From NCBI RefSeq assembly GCF_004010195.1, contig NC_057719.1, positions 50,076,302 through 50,140,301 of the forward strand: DNA of 64,000 bases. Direction: 5' to 3'. The first letter of the stretch is position 1. The number at the start of each line of letters is the position of its first letter. Source of the stretch: Chiloscyllium plagiosum (Eukaryota). The position numbers and the translations under genes were made by a program. Below the pieces are notes generated by a model. That model had not been told where the DNA came from, ran no database searches, and was given only the letters and a program-made list of their open reading frames with translations. This document shows, piece by piece, positions 46,553 through 58,553 of the stretch.

Positions 46553-49500
46553 CTGTAATGAGGTAAAAAATCACAAACATCAACCACAAATGTAGCAAGT
46601 GATATTATTTTGTCACTTATTTGACTTTTTCAAAATTATTTAAAATAGCTAGCACACTTCAATGATATACATTTGAATAAAGGCAAAATACTGTGAATAG
46701 GGGAATTTGAAACAAATGCAATGTTGGAGGAACTCAGCAGATCTAGCAGCATCTGCAGAGCTTTCCGTTCAGTGTGACTTGTTCAAAACAGAACTTCTTC
46801 AAAGCGTCTGAAGAAATCATATTGGACTTGAAATGTTAACTATGTTGCCAGACCTGTTGAGTTTCTCCAGCATTGTGTTTGTTTCAATGATATACATGTC
46901 CAATTCAGCAAACATATTAATCAGGCTTATAAAAATAACAGAAATATACAAAATGAACTAAACAAGAATAGTAAATGAATTGATTGATTGATGAGTGGGA
47001 ACTCAGTTGGACTCATTGTCAGAGACATAAATGTAAGAAACAAGCTACTGTTGTAACCTTTCAGACTCTACAGGAAAATGATTAATTCAAAGAATTGGGT
47101 TGTTCACGAGCTAAGTACTGAGAATGATCAATTAATGGAAGCAAAATTTGAACCATTTCATGAAAATAACTAGTTCAAAAATAATAAACAAGAAGCTTTT
47201 CAAGGCCTTGATGTGTAAGTTTTTAATGAAACTGTTCAGAGTAATTTTGAATTCTTTACCTTCTGGCTAACAGCAATAACTTAGAAGCAATTTGATTTCA
47301 AACAAGTTATTTTTTAAGAAAAAAAGTTCATGGGATGTGCATGATGCTGGCTGGGTCAGAACTTATTACTCAACCTCAATGCCTTGATCTCTGCGGCTCA
47401 CGAGGGCCATTTCAGAGTCAACTAGGTCAACCATGTCTAGGCCACTAAAGGACAGAAATGAACCACATGGGTTACATGGTCAACATTACACTACTTTTTG
47501 ATTCCAAATTTTCTATTGAATTTAGATCCATGGTGAGATGTGAATGTTTGCCACCCAGAGGATTAACTTGGATCTCTGGATTACTAGTCCAGTAACATTC
47601 CCACTAATCCATTACATAATCCAATGATGTAAATCACAGCTAGCTTGAAACATTGTGGTAGTTGAACTGATTTTTAAAATGAATTGCAACATGAAACTTA
47701 TAAAGCAGTGATTGAAATACAGCAAGTAGTTCATTGGATGTAATGCATTTTGAAATAAACCATAGATGCAATAAGGGCATACAGCAGTGATTGCAACAAA
47801 GTCAGCCAGGTGGACCTCATAGACTGGGCTATTAATCTGGTCCCATCATGGAAACCTGACTGACAGATAAAACAGTAGTGTCAGACATCCTGTCATTCTG
47901 AGAGCTGGCTCTAAGGGAGCTGGATCAGTTTCAAGGACTTTCTACTTAGCATCATAAAGTCATTGAAATGTACAGCATGGAAACAGACCCTTCAGTCAAC
48001 TTGTCCATACCGACCAGACATCCCAGCCCAATCTAGTTCCACCTGCCAGCACCCGGCACATATCCCTCCAAACTCTTCCTATTCATATACCCATCTAGAC
48101 GCCTTTTAAATGTTGCAATTGTACTAGCCTCCACCACTTCCTCTGGAAGCCCATTTCACACACACACCACTCTGTGTGTAAAAGTTGCTCCTTAGGTCTC
48201 TTTTATGTCTTTCCCCTCTCACCCTAAACCTATGCCCTCTAGTTCTGGACTCCTCCACCCTAGGGAAAAGACCTTGTCTATTTACCCTATACATGCCCCT
48301 CATGGTTTTACAAACCTCTATAAGGTCACCCCTCAGCCTCCAACGCTCCAGGGAAAACAGCCCTAGCCTATTCAAACTCTCCCCATAGCTCAAATCCTCC
48401 AACCTTTGCAACATACCTGTAAATCTTTTCTGAACACTTTCAAGTTTCACAACATCCTTCTGATAGGAAGGAGTCCAGAACTGCATGCAATATTCCAAAA
48501 ATGCCGTAATAAATGTCCTGTACAGCCGTAACATGACCTCCTGTACCCAAAACTCTGACCAATAAAGGAAAGCAAACCAAACGCCTTTTTCACAATCCTA
48601 TCTACCTACAGCTCTACTTTCAAGGAGCTATGAACCTGCACTCCAAGGTCCCTTTGTTCAGCAACATTCTCTAGGACCTTACCATTAAGTGTATAAGTCC
48701 TGCTAAGATTTGCTTTCTCAAACTGCAGCACCTCGCATTTATCTAAATTAAACTCCATCTGCCACTTCTCAGCCCACTGGCCCATCTAATCAAGATCCCG
48801 TTGTAATCAGAAGTAACCTTCTTTGCTGTCCACTACACCTCCAATTTTGGTGTCATCTGCAAACTTACTAACTATACCTCTTATGCTCACATCAAAATAA
48901 TTTACATAAATGGATGAAAAGTAGTGGACCCAGCACAGACCCTTGTGCACTTCACTGGTTACATGCCTCCAATCTGAAAAACAATCCTCCACCACCACCC
49001 TCTGTCTTCTACCTTTGAGCCATTCTGTATCCAGATGGCTAGTTCTCCCTGTATTCCAAGAGATCTAACCTTGCTAACCAGTCTCCCATGAGGAACCTTG
49101 TCGAATGCCTTACTGAAGTCCATGTCGATCATGTATACTGCTCTGCCCTCATCAATGCTCTTTGTTACTTCTTCAAAAAACTCAATCAAGTTTGTGAGAC
49201 ATGATTTCCCACAAACAAAGCCATGTTGATTCTGCCTAATCAGTCCTTGCCTTTCCAAATAGGTGTTCATCCTATCCCTCAGGATTCCCTCCAACAACTT
49301 GCCCACCACTGATGTCAGGCTCACTGGTCTATATTTCCCTGGCTTGTCCTTACCACCTTTCTTAAATAGTGGCACCACATTAGCCAACCTCCAGTCTTGC
49401 AGTACTTCACCTGTGACTATTGATGATACAAATATCTCAGCTCTCGGCCCAGCAATCACTTCCCTAGCTTCCCACAGAGTTCTAGGGTACACCTGACCAG

Positions 49501-52500
49501 GTCCTGGGGATTTATCCACTTTTATACATTTCAAGATATCCAGCACTTCCTTTTCTCTAATATGGGCATTTTTCAACATGTCACCATCTATTTCCCTCCA
49601 TTCTATATCTTCCATGTTCTTTTCCACAGTAAGTGCTGATGCAAAATACTCGTTTAGTATCTTCTCCATCTTCTGCGGCTCCACACAAAGGCTGCCTTGC
49701 TGATCTTTGAGGAGCCCTATTCTCTCCCTAGTTACCCTTTTGTCCTTAATATATTTGTAAAAGCCCTTTGGATTTTCCTTAATGCTGTTTGCCAAATCTA
49801 TCTCATGTCCCCTTTTTGTCCTCCTGATTTCCCTCTTAATTATACTCCTACTGCCTTTATACTCCCCTAAGGATTCATTCAATCTATCCTGTCTATACCT
49901 GACACATGCTTCCTTCTTTTTCTTAACCAAACCCTTAATTTCTTTAGTCATCCAGCATTCCCTATACCTACCAGCCTTTTCTTTCACCCTAACAGGAATA
50001 TACTGTCTCTGGTCTTATTTCATTTCTGAAAACTTCCAGGGGTGATATGGTGATGGGTTACATGCCTCTGTGGAGTTACTTCACAGGCAAATTCTTTCTC
50101 ATTGTCTTTAGCTGTATAGTAGTCCCCCCCCCCTCCCCCATACCCCTAAGGGATACATTCCAAGACCTACTGCAGATAGGAGCGAACCCATTCATTGAAA
50201 TGGGAAATTTACCTCCCCAGCAGCCCTCAGTCCCTGGTTCTGGAATGTTCCACATAATATGTTCAGACCGTGGGTAACTGAAACCATGGAAACTGATTCC
50301 GTGGATATGGCAATCACTCTGTATTTTGAGGATGGGATTTGTTTTGAAAAAGGTGTTGTCTCATTGTTGCATTGTTTGGTTTTCTTAGCACCACACAGCA
50401 CACTCAGCTCTATTAACTCTACTCTGAAACTGGCTGTTACAAAGTGAATGACAACAGCTCAAGATGATTTTCCTATTGCTCCATTTTTCATGTTTTTGAG
50501 ATGTTTTTAATAACACCACATTTTCTACTTGGAAGATTAAGAAACTGTGTGAAGTTTGAATCCACATGCTAGATCAGTGATGCTTTCATCTGTAATTAGT
50601 TTCTAATTTTTGTGTAATTAATAACCATGTAATGAATGACAGTCTTATTTCTGACTTTATAACAGATAATTGGCATTGTCATTAGTTTTGTTGTATGCAA
50701 TGTATCATCTGGAAAAATCATTTTGATATATTTATAATAGATCATCTCAATGGAAAAATGTTTAAAAACATTTGATTTTGATTGACTTTCATTTAAAAAT
50801 GAATAATTTACAAAGATGTGAAAATTGTTATTGTGTTGATCGTGTCAGCAAAAGGTTAATAAAAATGTGTTATATATAATTGTGTATGCAATATCAAATA
50901 CACTGAAACCCATATTTACCGCCACATCCCAGACTAAAATCTTCTTTCTGTCACCACCACTGACGAGTCTATTTCCATCCAGGTGTAGGCACCTCACTAC
51001 CCCAATGTGTTCTGACATGGTAAACAGACATTTTCCTGTGGGAAATCATTGATGTTTTATAAAGTACTTCACTCATCACAACGATGATGTAATATGCTAT
51101 TTATTTTGAATACCAAAAAACTATTTTTGAGCAGTTATGTGTCCATTCATGTCCTAAGTGTGGTATACATTTGAACGTGGCCCAAAAAATTATTTTCTTG
51201 TGGTTGAGGAGCAGGGGTAAATGGTGAATACGTTTTTTTTGCTGCTGTGTTGAATAGTTTCCTTACTGTGCACTTGGTGAGATTATTTCATTTTTTTTTG
51301 TTTTTCCCATCATATATCTTAGTCTCTACCATACAAACCCCTTCATGTTGAAGACAGGGATGAGCCTCAGGCGAGTACACATGCAAAACAGAATTGCTTC
51401 TACCTCTAAACTCCAGGCTTTGATTTTATGGGATGTCTTTGCTCTGCACTCTACTTTTGCCCTGATTGGTATCAGAATTTAACAAAAACTTGGATGATGT
51501 CTTCTCTGGTTTTGCAGAGAATTGTTTGAGACTAGTTGGTGGGAAGCTGTAATGCCATGTTTTCTACATAGTGAAGTTTTAGGGAACATATATTCACTAG
51601 CTATCTTATTGTAAATTCCTGGCACTAAAATATTCCCTGTGTGGCAGTCAATTATGAAGTTATTTGCATTAAGTTTATGTGCAAAAATCTAGATGGCTCT
51701 GGGAAAACCCAAACACTAATTGTTGAAAATACAAAAATGAGAGCTGAAATTCATCATGCATAAATGCTAGTATGAGTCTGCTGATAATCTTTGGAGCTGA
51801 AAATGTGTTGCTGGAAAAGCGCAGCAGGTCAGGCAGCATCCAGGGAACAGGAGAATCGACGTTTCGGGCATAAGCCCTTCCTGAAGAAGGACTTATGCCT
51901 GAAACGTCGATTCTCCTGTTCCCTGGATGCTGCCTGACCTGCTGCGCTTTTCCAGCAACACATTTTCAGCTCTGATCTCCAGCATCTGCAGATCTCACTT
52001 TCTCCTGATAATCTTTGGAACCAACTGCCCAAATTTGCAGAATTGGGGAAGTCATAATGCTATTAATGGTGCATCTTCAGCACCTACCTAGGTTTCTATA
52101 GAAACAGTGAGACAGTTCTCTCACCAATTCCCTTTATAGATGGTATATTTTTCAAATTTCTTGGTGGGTTTATGCTTGATTCTTAGGTGTGTTTTCCATT
52201 TAATTTCTCTCACCTCGCCTATAAGTACCCAAATGTTCCATAAGTCTTTAAATAAGAGGCTCCAGCCAGCACCCTTCGGGGGCAGAGCCTCTGTCACTTA
52301 TAACAAGGCCTCTACGAAAGTAGCAGAGAAGTTTGGGGCCCTATCTGTCTAAAACCTGACCCAATGTAGATTTTCCATCCGAGTTCTCATATCAGGATAC
52401 AGAAGGGACCATGGATTTTCAGCCAAATACAGCTTGATACAGTCCTTCCGTAATACCCCAGCATTCCCACATAGTCTCCATGCAATAGAGAACTCAATCA

Positions 52501-55230
52501 TATGACAGGTCAATTTTAATACTGATTTTTAACACAAACTATCATTAATTTTAAATATCATTCTGAATATGACTACAGGATAGAAAGATTTAAAGTTAGA
52601 GGGGAAGGGAGGGCATATGGAACTGACACATCAACATAAATCTTTGAACTAAATGCCTGCTTATGGTAGGGTCTGTATAGTTCTGACTGGCTTGGTAAAG
52701 GCTGGATATAGTGGGAAGAAGAAATCCATTGATGATCTAGTCCATTTCAACCGAGCATAGCTTTTAAATGTGTTTAAAGAGTAGCAAGTTTAGAAGCTTA
52801 CACAAAAAGATCAACGGGCTGTATCATCACTGGATTTATTTGTAGCACGGAGAAAAAAGTGAGCTTACAAAATAAATTCATAAAACGTTCTCTATTTTTC
52901 ACACCTGCAAAGTTCCAGACTCGAATGGTGCTATCTGATGAACCAGAGCAGATTATCTTCTCATTAAACATCAAACAGTACTGTAGAAAATACATTAAAG
53001 AATTGAATTAGAAAGGGTAAGATTAATTAGATGTAAAATGTGAATGATGTTATCTTTAAATTATTTAAAATAAATAGAGACAGAAACATAGTTAGTGCAG
53101 AGATATTACAGGAAGGAAGAATATTTCAAGAAGAAACTTGGGTTAGGACTGAGAATGGGGAATAAACAAGCTTTTAAAGGAGATGCAAGAGGGATGGAAA
53201 AGGGTATGGTGCTTAAAGGAGAAGAGGCCAGATGAGTAAGGGGAGGTAGTAAAATTTGGTGATAAAGTCCTTACTGCCACCATATTGGTTTGGGCAAGGC
53301 AGATGGTGAAAAGAAGAGAAGCTTTTATAAATGGTATAGTGTTGCCATCTGAGAATCAAGGTTTGGCTGATACCATATCAAGATAAAGATTGGATGATGA
53401 GGGATTTATTCACCAGAACAAAATCCTTGTTAGATAAGTGGACAGGATGATGACTGATGGTCAGCTGGTATGATTTCTAAGCCAGCATTTATTGCCATTC
53501 ATAATTGCATGGGAGAAGATAGTAGTGAGCTGCCTTCTTGAATCACTGCAATCTTTGGGACATAGCAACACCCACAATGCTGTTTGGAGGAAGTTCCAGG
53601 ATTTTGACGCAGCAGCAGAATATCATTTCAAATCAGGATAGTATGTCATTTGGAGGGGTACTTAAAGATAGTGGTGTTCCCATGCATCTGCCGCCCTCAC
53701 CTTTTGTTAGTACTGGACGTTGCAAAATTGTAAGGTGCTGTCATTGGTGCCTCAATGAGTTACGATCACATATGTTATAGATGGTAAATATGCTGTTACT
53801 GAGCATTGGTAGTTGCAGGAGTGAATGGTGAAGATTGTGTGGGGAGTGGGCTGCTTTGGTCCTGGATAGTGTCATTGTCAAATGTTACACTCATCCAGGT
53901 AAGTGGATAACTTACCAACACACCCCTGACCTTGCCACAGAATTCCTAGCCTTTGACATGCTTTTCTAGCCACAATATCTAAATAGCTAGGTCAGTTTTT
54001 GGTTGGTAACTTCGAGATGTTGATTGTGGGGAATTTAGCATTGGCAATTCCATTGAATGTCAAAGGTTACAATGAGATTCTCTCTCATTGGAGACAGACA
54101 TTGCCTGACACTTCTATGGTATACATATTGCTTGCAATCTATCAGTCCAGGCCTGATGTTGTTCAAGTTTTAATGTATTTGGCCACTGACTCTTCAAATA
54201 TTGAAGAAATCTCAGTGCAAAATATTGCAAAACAATCATTAGTGAACATCTTCACTTCTAACCTTATGATAGAGGTAAGGTCATTGATGAAGCGGCTGAA
54301 GATAGGTGGGCCTAGGTTACTATTCTGAGGAACTCCTGCAGAGACGTCCAGGTGCAGAAAAGACTGACTTCCAGCCACAACCACATTCTTTTATGCCAGG
54401 TATGACAATTTTTCTCCCAATTCCCATTAAATGTAGGTTTGGTAGGGTTCCTCGATGCCAGACTCAGTCATATGTCAAGAGCAGTCATTTCCACCTCAAT
54501 CTAGAATTCAGCTCTTTTGTCCATGTATGAACCAATGTTGTAATGAGGTCAGGAAATAAGTGACCCTGACGGAACTAGGACCATGATGGAACTAGAGCTG
54601 AACATCTGTTACCAGACTATTAATAAGTAAGTGCTGGTTGATAGCACTGTTGATTACTTGTTCCCCATTGTGGAATCATCATTCAAGTGTCATTTCTTAA
54701 TCTAATAGTCATGATTTGGAGATGTTGGTGTTGGACTGGGGTATACAAAGTTAAAAATCACACAACACGAGGTTGCAGTCCAACAGGTTTATTGGAAGCA
54801 CTAGCTTTCAGCACCTGATGAAGGAGCGTCACTCCGAAAGCTAGTGCTTCCAAATAAACCTGTTGGACTATAACCTGGTGTTGTGTGATTTTTAATCTAA
54901 CAGTGTTATACATTTTTCAAGACCAGCAGTGATGCACAGCAGTATGCCTAAATCAAATTTCATACAATTGTTAGTACATCAACTTGTATGCTGCAGTAAT
55001 AATTTGTTTCTTGTTTACATTTTCTTTCATTGTGTCTTTATAACTGGAAAATATTTTCTTCTCATGTTAACTTTCTTTCTCTGTCACCATGTGCAAACTA
55101 CTTACCACATCCCCTGTGTGTCCTTGACACTTGCACAGCAGTTTTCCACTTTCTGTTGACCAGATAAGCACTAAGCAATCCCCTCCTCCACTCACCAAAT
55201 ATCGACAGTCAAACTGACAGCAGTTCACCA
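46424..55230 (-). CDS. WD40-repeat protein (F-box/WD FBXW-like repeats), 3' four coding exons: 55230-55106, 52980-52905, 51035-50920, 46552-46424; upstream exons not found in window
   Basis: Spliced in frame with GT-AG and matching phases: VNCCQFDCRYLVSGGGDCLVLIWSTESGKLLCKCQGHTGDV/YCLMFNEKIICSGSSDSTIRVWNFAG/KCLFTMSEHIGVVRCLHLDGNRLVSGGDRKKILVWDVA/NGKLVNVVHRNPSLLHKIWINQTKVITASPESPGILTILSYW*; GH...SGS.D.TIRVW WD40 signature. Confidence 0.88.
46673..46882. mobile_element. Older fold-back element with degenerate hammerhead core
   Basis: 15-bp TSD TTCAATGATATACAT (46658-46672 / 46883-46897); CTGAAGAA...GAAATGTTA at 46808-46839; imperfect inverted arms. Confidence 0.7.
47950..50012 (-). mobile_element. 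CR1-clade (HER1-like) LINE, 5'-truncated, ~2 kb
   Basis: ORF 48959..49987 (342 aa; YRPVSLTS, NQHGF, DFSKAFDKVPH), KFADDTK in 48807..48998, C-terminus in 48124..48534; frameshifted. Confidence 0.95.
50116..50322. mobile_element. Tigger/MER2-like MITE remnant
   Basis: TA-(T)AGTAGTCCCCC...GGATACATTCCAAGACC...GAAACCATGGAA...CGTGGATA...CTG-TA. Confidence 0.55.
50920..51035 (-). CDS. WD40 gene exon (116 nt)
   Basis: cccacag|GA AAA TGT...GTG GCG|gtaaat; EHIGVVRCL...LVSGG..KKILVWD. Confidence 0.88.
51794..52004. mobile_element. Penelope-derived fold-back element with hammerhead core
   Basis: 87-bp arms 51794-51880 / 51886-51972, 5-nt loop, ~32-nt one-sided tail, 15-bp TSD CTGATAATCTTTGGA (51781-51795 / 52005-52019). 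Confidence 0.88.
51881..51908 (+). ncRNA. Minimal type-I hammerhead ribozyme motif
   Basis: CUGAAGA-AGG(ACUUAUG)CCU-GAA-ACGU-C. Confidence 0.6.
52905..52980 (-). CDS. WD40 gene exon (76 nt)
   Basis: ttctacag|TAC TGT...GCA G|gtgtga; lies within ORF 52798..52995. Confidence 0.88.
53480..54660 (-). mobile_element. Degenerate non-LTR retrotransposon RT/3' region
   Basis: ORF 54163..54384 AGVPQNSNLGPPIFSRFINDL...MFTNDC (RT motifs). Confidence 0.75.
54710..54895. mobile_element. Fold-back element of a different sequence family, same architecture
   Basis: Arms 54751-54809 / 54836-54895, 41-nt one-sided tail, TSD TTAATCTAATAGT / TTAATCTAACAGT (54697-54709 / 54892-54904). Confidence 0.82.
54810..54848 (+). 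ncRNA. Minimal type-I hammerhead ribozyme (best-formed copy)
   Basis: Stem I AGCAC/GUGCU, core CUGAUGA(+A), stem II GGAG(CGUCA)CUCC, GAA, palindromic AGCU, predicted cleavage after CUA (54843). Confidence 0.8.
55106..55230 (-). CDS. WD40 gene exon (125 nt)
   Basis: ctttacag|TG GTG AAC...GAT GTG|gtaagt; lies within ORF 55067..55297. Confidence 0.88.
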
Positions 55231-55334
55231 CTGTAAAGAGGAAAATGCAGACAAAACCATAGACAGATAAATTCTCAGTAAAAATAAAATTATACACTAC
55301 ATATCTTTGAATTTTAAAAGATTCAATATGTAGG

Positions 55335-55990
55335 AGACCATAAGATATGGGAGCAGAGGTAGGACATTTGGCCCATCAAGTCTGCTTGAGATCGTAGCTG
55401 ATCTGATAATCCTTAACCCCACTTTCCTGCCTTATTCCATAACCCTCCATTGCCTTACTGATTAAAAGTCTATCTCAGCTTTGATATACTTAATAACACA
55501 ACTTCTAAGGGAAAGAATTCCACAGATTCACTATTCTCTGAAAGAGGAAGAGTTAGAAAGAATTATTCCTCACCTACATCTTAAATGGGCGACCCATTAC
55601 TCTGAGGTTATATCCTCTGATTCTAGTTCTTTCAGTTCAAAAGAGGAAATAACCTACCTTGTCAGCCCATTAATAATCCTGTATTATTCAATAAGCCCTC
55701 TTCTCATTTTTCTAAGCTCCAGTGAATACAAGCCCAACTTACTCACCCTCTCCTGATAAGAAAATCTCTCCATACTTGTACCAACCTGGCTGTCCTTCTA
55801 TAGATTGTCTTCCAGGCCAGTAAAGCTTTCCTTCGATAAGGAGACCAAAACTATTCACAGCATTCCAGATGTGGTCTGTCTAATGCGTGGCTAGTTTTAG
55901 CAAGATCCATTTTTATAATCTGAAATAAAGTCCATGTATCTTTCCCTATTATCTTCTGAAGCTGGAAGCTAACTTTTTGTAATTCATTTG
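55335..55990 (-). mobile_element. CR1 3' fragment (older subfamily)
   Basis: Reverse-complement CR1 C-terminal region and tail (ACCATAAGATATGGGAGCAGA...). Confidence 0.75.
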
Positions 55991-56970
55991 TGATTCAAGC
56001 TTCGACTTTGGAACAAAAAACATAAAAAAGATAATCGGTAGACCAAACTATACAAACAATTTGCACTCACAGTACAGAATCTTGTGAAAACAACAGTGTC
56101 AACTGCTGAGCCAGCAAGACCCCCTTGGCCGTTTAAACTCCCCCATTGGGAACATGATCTTTGCCAATTGTAAAGAGAAATAGAGAAAAAAAGGAAATCA
56201 AATTAAAAATGTAAATACAACCAAAAATCAAGACTGCAAATTAACATCACTGCCCTCAGAGGAGAACTGCCTTCCTGGGAAAGGGCAGCTGAACTAATAT
56301 GCAGGGGATACACTTTCTATTAGAAAGATAAAGCTGATTATAATCCTCATATCCACAGTTTTTGTTTTGCCACCTGGGTGCACTGTGAGATCCCTCCAGT
56401 TGTACAAATAAAAGGTTTATGGCACTATACATGTACCTCTAGCTCAGCCACATCAGTTATCAGCGTTCAAGCTCTAACCCTTGAGTCATGTAAAAATGTT
56501 AAGGAAATTATCGGTTTTGACCTTGGCCTCATGGCCAACCCAAAAAAAGAAAGCATAATTCTTCTTTGGGACTTTAATACCAGGATTGGCTGTGACTCCA
56601 ATGTCTGGTGAGGAATCCTGGACAGGAACAGCATAGGAAAGGTCAATACAAATGGTGCCCTCCTGCTGCCAAAGTGTGCTCAGCCCAACCTCATTACAGC
56701 AACATTCACTTTCAAGGGGACCAATACAAATCCACATGGAGACATTACTAGATCAAAACATTGGCACCTAAATAAGTTGACAAGTTAAGTGAGCGAACAG
56801 GGGGATCCAAGATGGCTGCGACCTAGCAAGTCTGAGTCCACAGTGCTCCTCCCAAGACTTGGGCAAAGTGGGTCACTCAACACCACCACACTCACCAAAT
56901 CATTTAAAATAGCTGTTTAATTTAATTAGTTGTTTAGTATTGAATTTAAACAATTTAATCTTCAGTAAAA

Positions 56971-57828
56971 ATGACTAAAGGGAAGGGAGCCCGCAGCTCT
57001 CAGCAAGCAGAAACCCCTCCCCCACCCTCTTCAGCTGCAGCAGAGGCGTCCACAGCCACCCCGGGGGACTTACCTACAGTGGCGAGCCTTGTGGTAATCA
57101 TCTCCAAACTGGATGCGAAGATCGACGCTTTTATTGAAGAATCCCGAAGTTGATGGGACTCATTCTTGGCCGCGCTGCAAAAGCACGACCGAGACATTAA
57201 GGAAATCGAGCGCCGAGTCGGAGGGGCAGAGCTAAAGGCCGTGACCTCCGAAACTACAGCGTAATCGGCCGTGGATCGGGTCCAGACTCTCGAACAGCGA
57301 GTCCGGTCCTTAGAGAACCACATTGACGACCTCGATTCTCGAGGTCGTCAAAAAAATATTCGTTTGCTGGGCCTTCCCGAACGGGAAGAGGAAGGCCAGC
57401 TTACAGCATTCCTTGAGCAGTGGCTTCCACAGCTTTTAAATCTGGAGGCAGGATCAGGCCAGGTAAGGGTGGAATGGGCCTACCGGGTTGCAATATGCGG
57501 GCCCAGCTCGAACCAGCGCCCCCGCCCAGTCCTGTTCAGGCTGCAGAGCTATAAGGAGAGGCAGATACTCCCAGAAGCCTCTAGAAATCTTGGAAAAGAT
57601 CCCCAAGCCATGATCTATAAAGGATCCAAGATCATGTTATTCCAGGACTTTTCCCCAGCTCTGGTCCGAAAGAAGAAGGCATTCGATGAGGCGAAGAAGT
57701 GTTTAAGGGATTTAAATATTCAGTACTCCTTGCACTACCCAGCGACACTACGCTTTAACCATGAAGGATCCGTGTATAACTTCGGATTGCCGGAAAAGGC
57801 CAAGGAATTTTTGGACTCTCTTAGATAA
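56971..57828 (+). pseudogene. L1 ORF1 (coiled coil + RRM/CTD) with two in-frame stops
   Basis: ORFs 56971..57153 and 57271..57828 are in the same frame: DLDSRGRQKNIRLLGLPE, RPRPVL, MLFQDFS, YPATL. Confidence 0.88.
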
Positions 57829-58553
57829 ATTGTAAGAGATAATTGATGTTGGTTTGCCTTCCCCCCATTCCGGTTTATATTTCCCCCTTTTTTTAACCTT
57901 ACTGTTTAATATTATCTTCGGGGGTGGGGAGAGGGATTTATTTATTTATTCTCTACTTAACGATTTTCTTCCCCCCTTGGTTTTTTTTAAATTAGTCTAT
58001 ATGTATATAGGCCGGGGGGTCTAGTTAATGTTGGTTGGGGGAGGTGATTACCTTATTCTATTTTACCTCTGTCTCTAGGAGTGGGGTTGTTTCCCCTTGT
58101 TATTTTGTATTATTATATTTAATCATTACTTGTTGAGGTTGTAATTTTATAGTTATATATGTTTATACATGGTATTAACATCATCAAATATATCCAGGTG
58201 TTGGTGTGTGAGTGGAGGGGCGGGGCGGGGGTAGGGTGCTCACTGTTAACTCTAGCTCTGTAGTATATTTGAATTTTCCTCATCCTATTGACGAGCGCCT
58301 GGGTCAAGGGTGGGGTACTGGTTGGGAGAGGATACGATGGACCTTTGGAAAGGAAGTGATATCCCCTGGGAACAAGGGGGAAAACTTCCATTTAAATACG
58401 TTTTATAGTTTTTTTATTTAGAAATAGTTTTTTATTATACTGTTGTGAGTGTATTAGAGAGCCTTTATTTTTGTGAATTTTATATGCTCTATGCTCGGGA
58501 TGTTCTGGATAGGGTTTCCCCTCCCGAGGGGTCTCGGATTTGCCCGGTCGATT

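Noticed and set aside
56063..56170. Minus-strand GTGAGT donor as a possible further WD40 exon
   Set aside because: No WD-like translation seen; adjacent to the RTE 5' region
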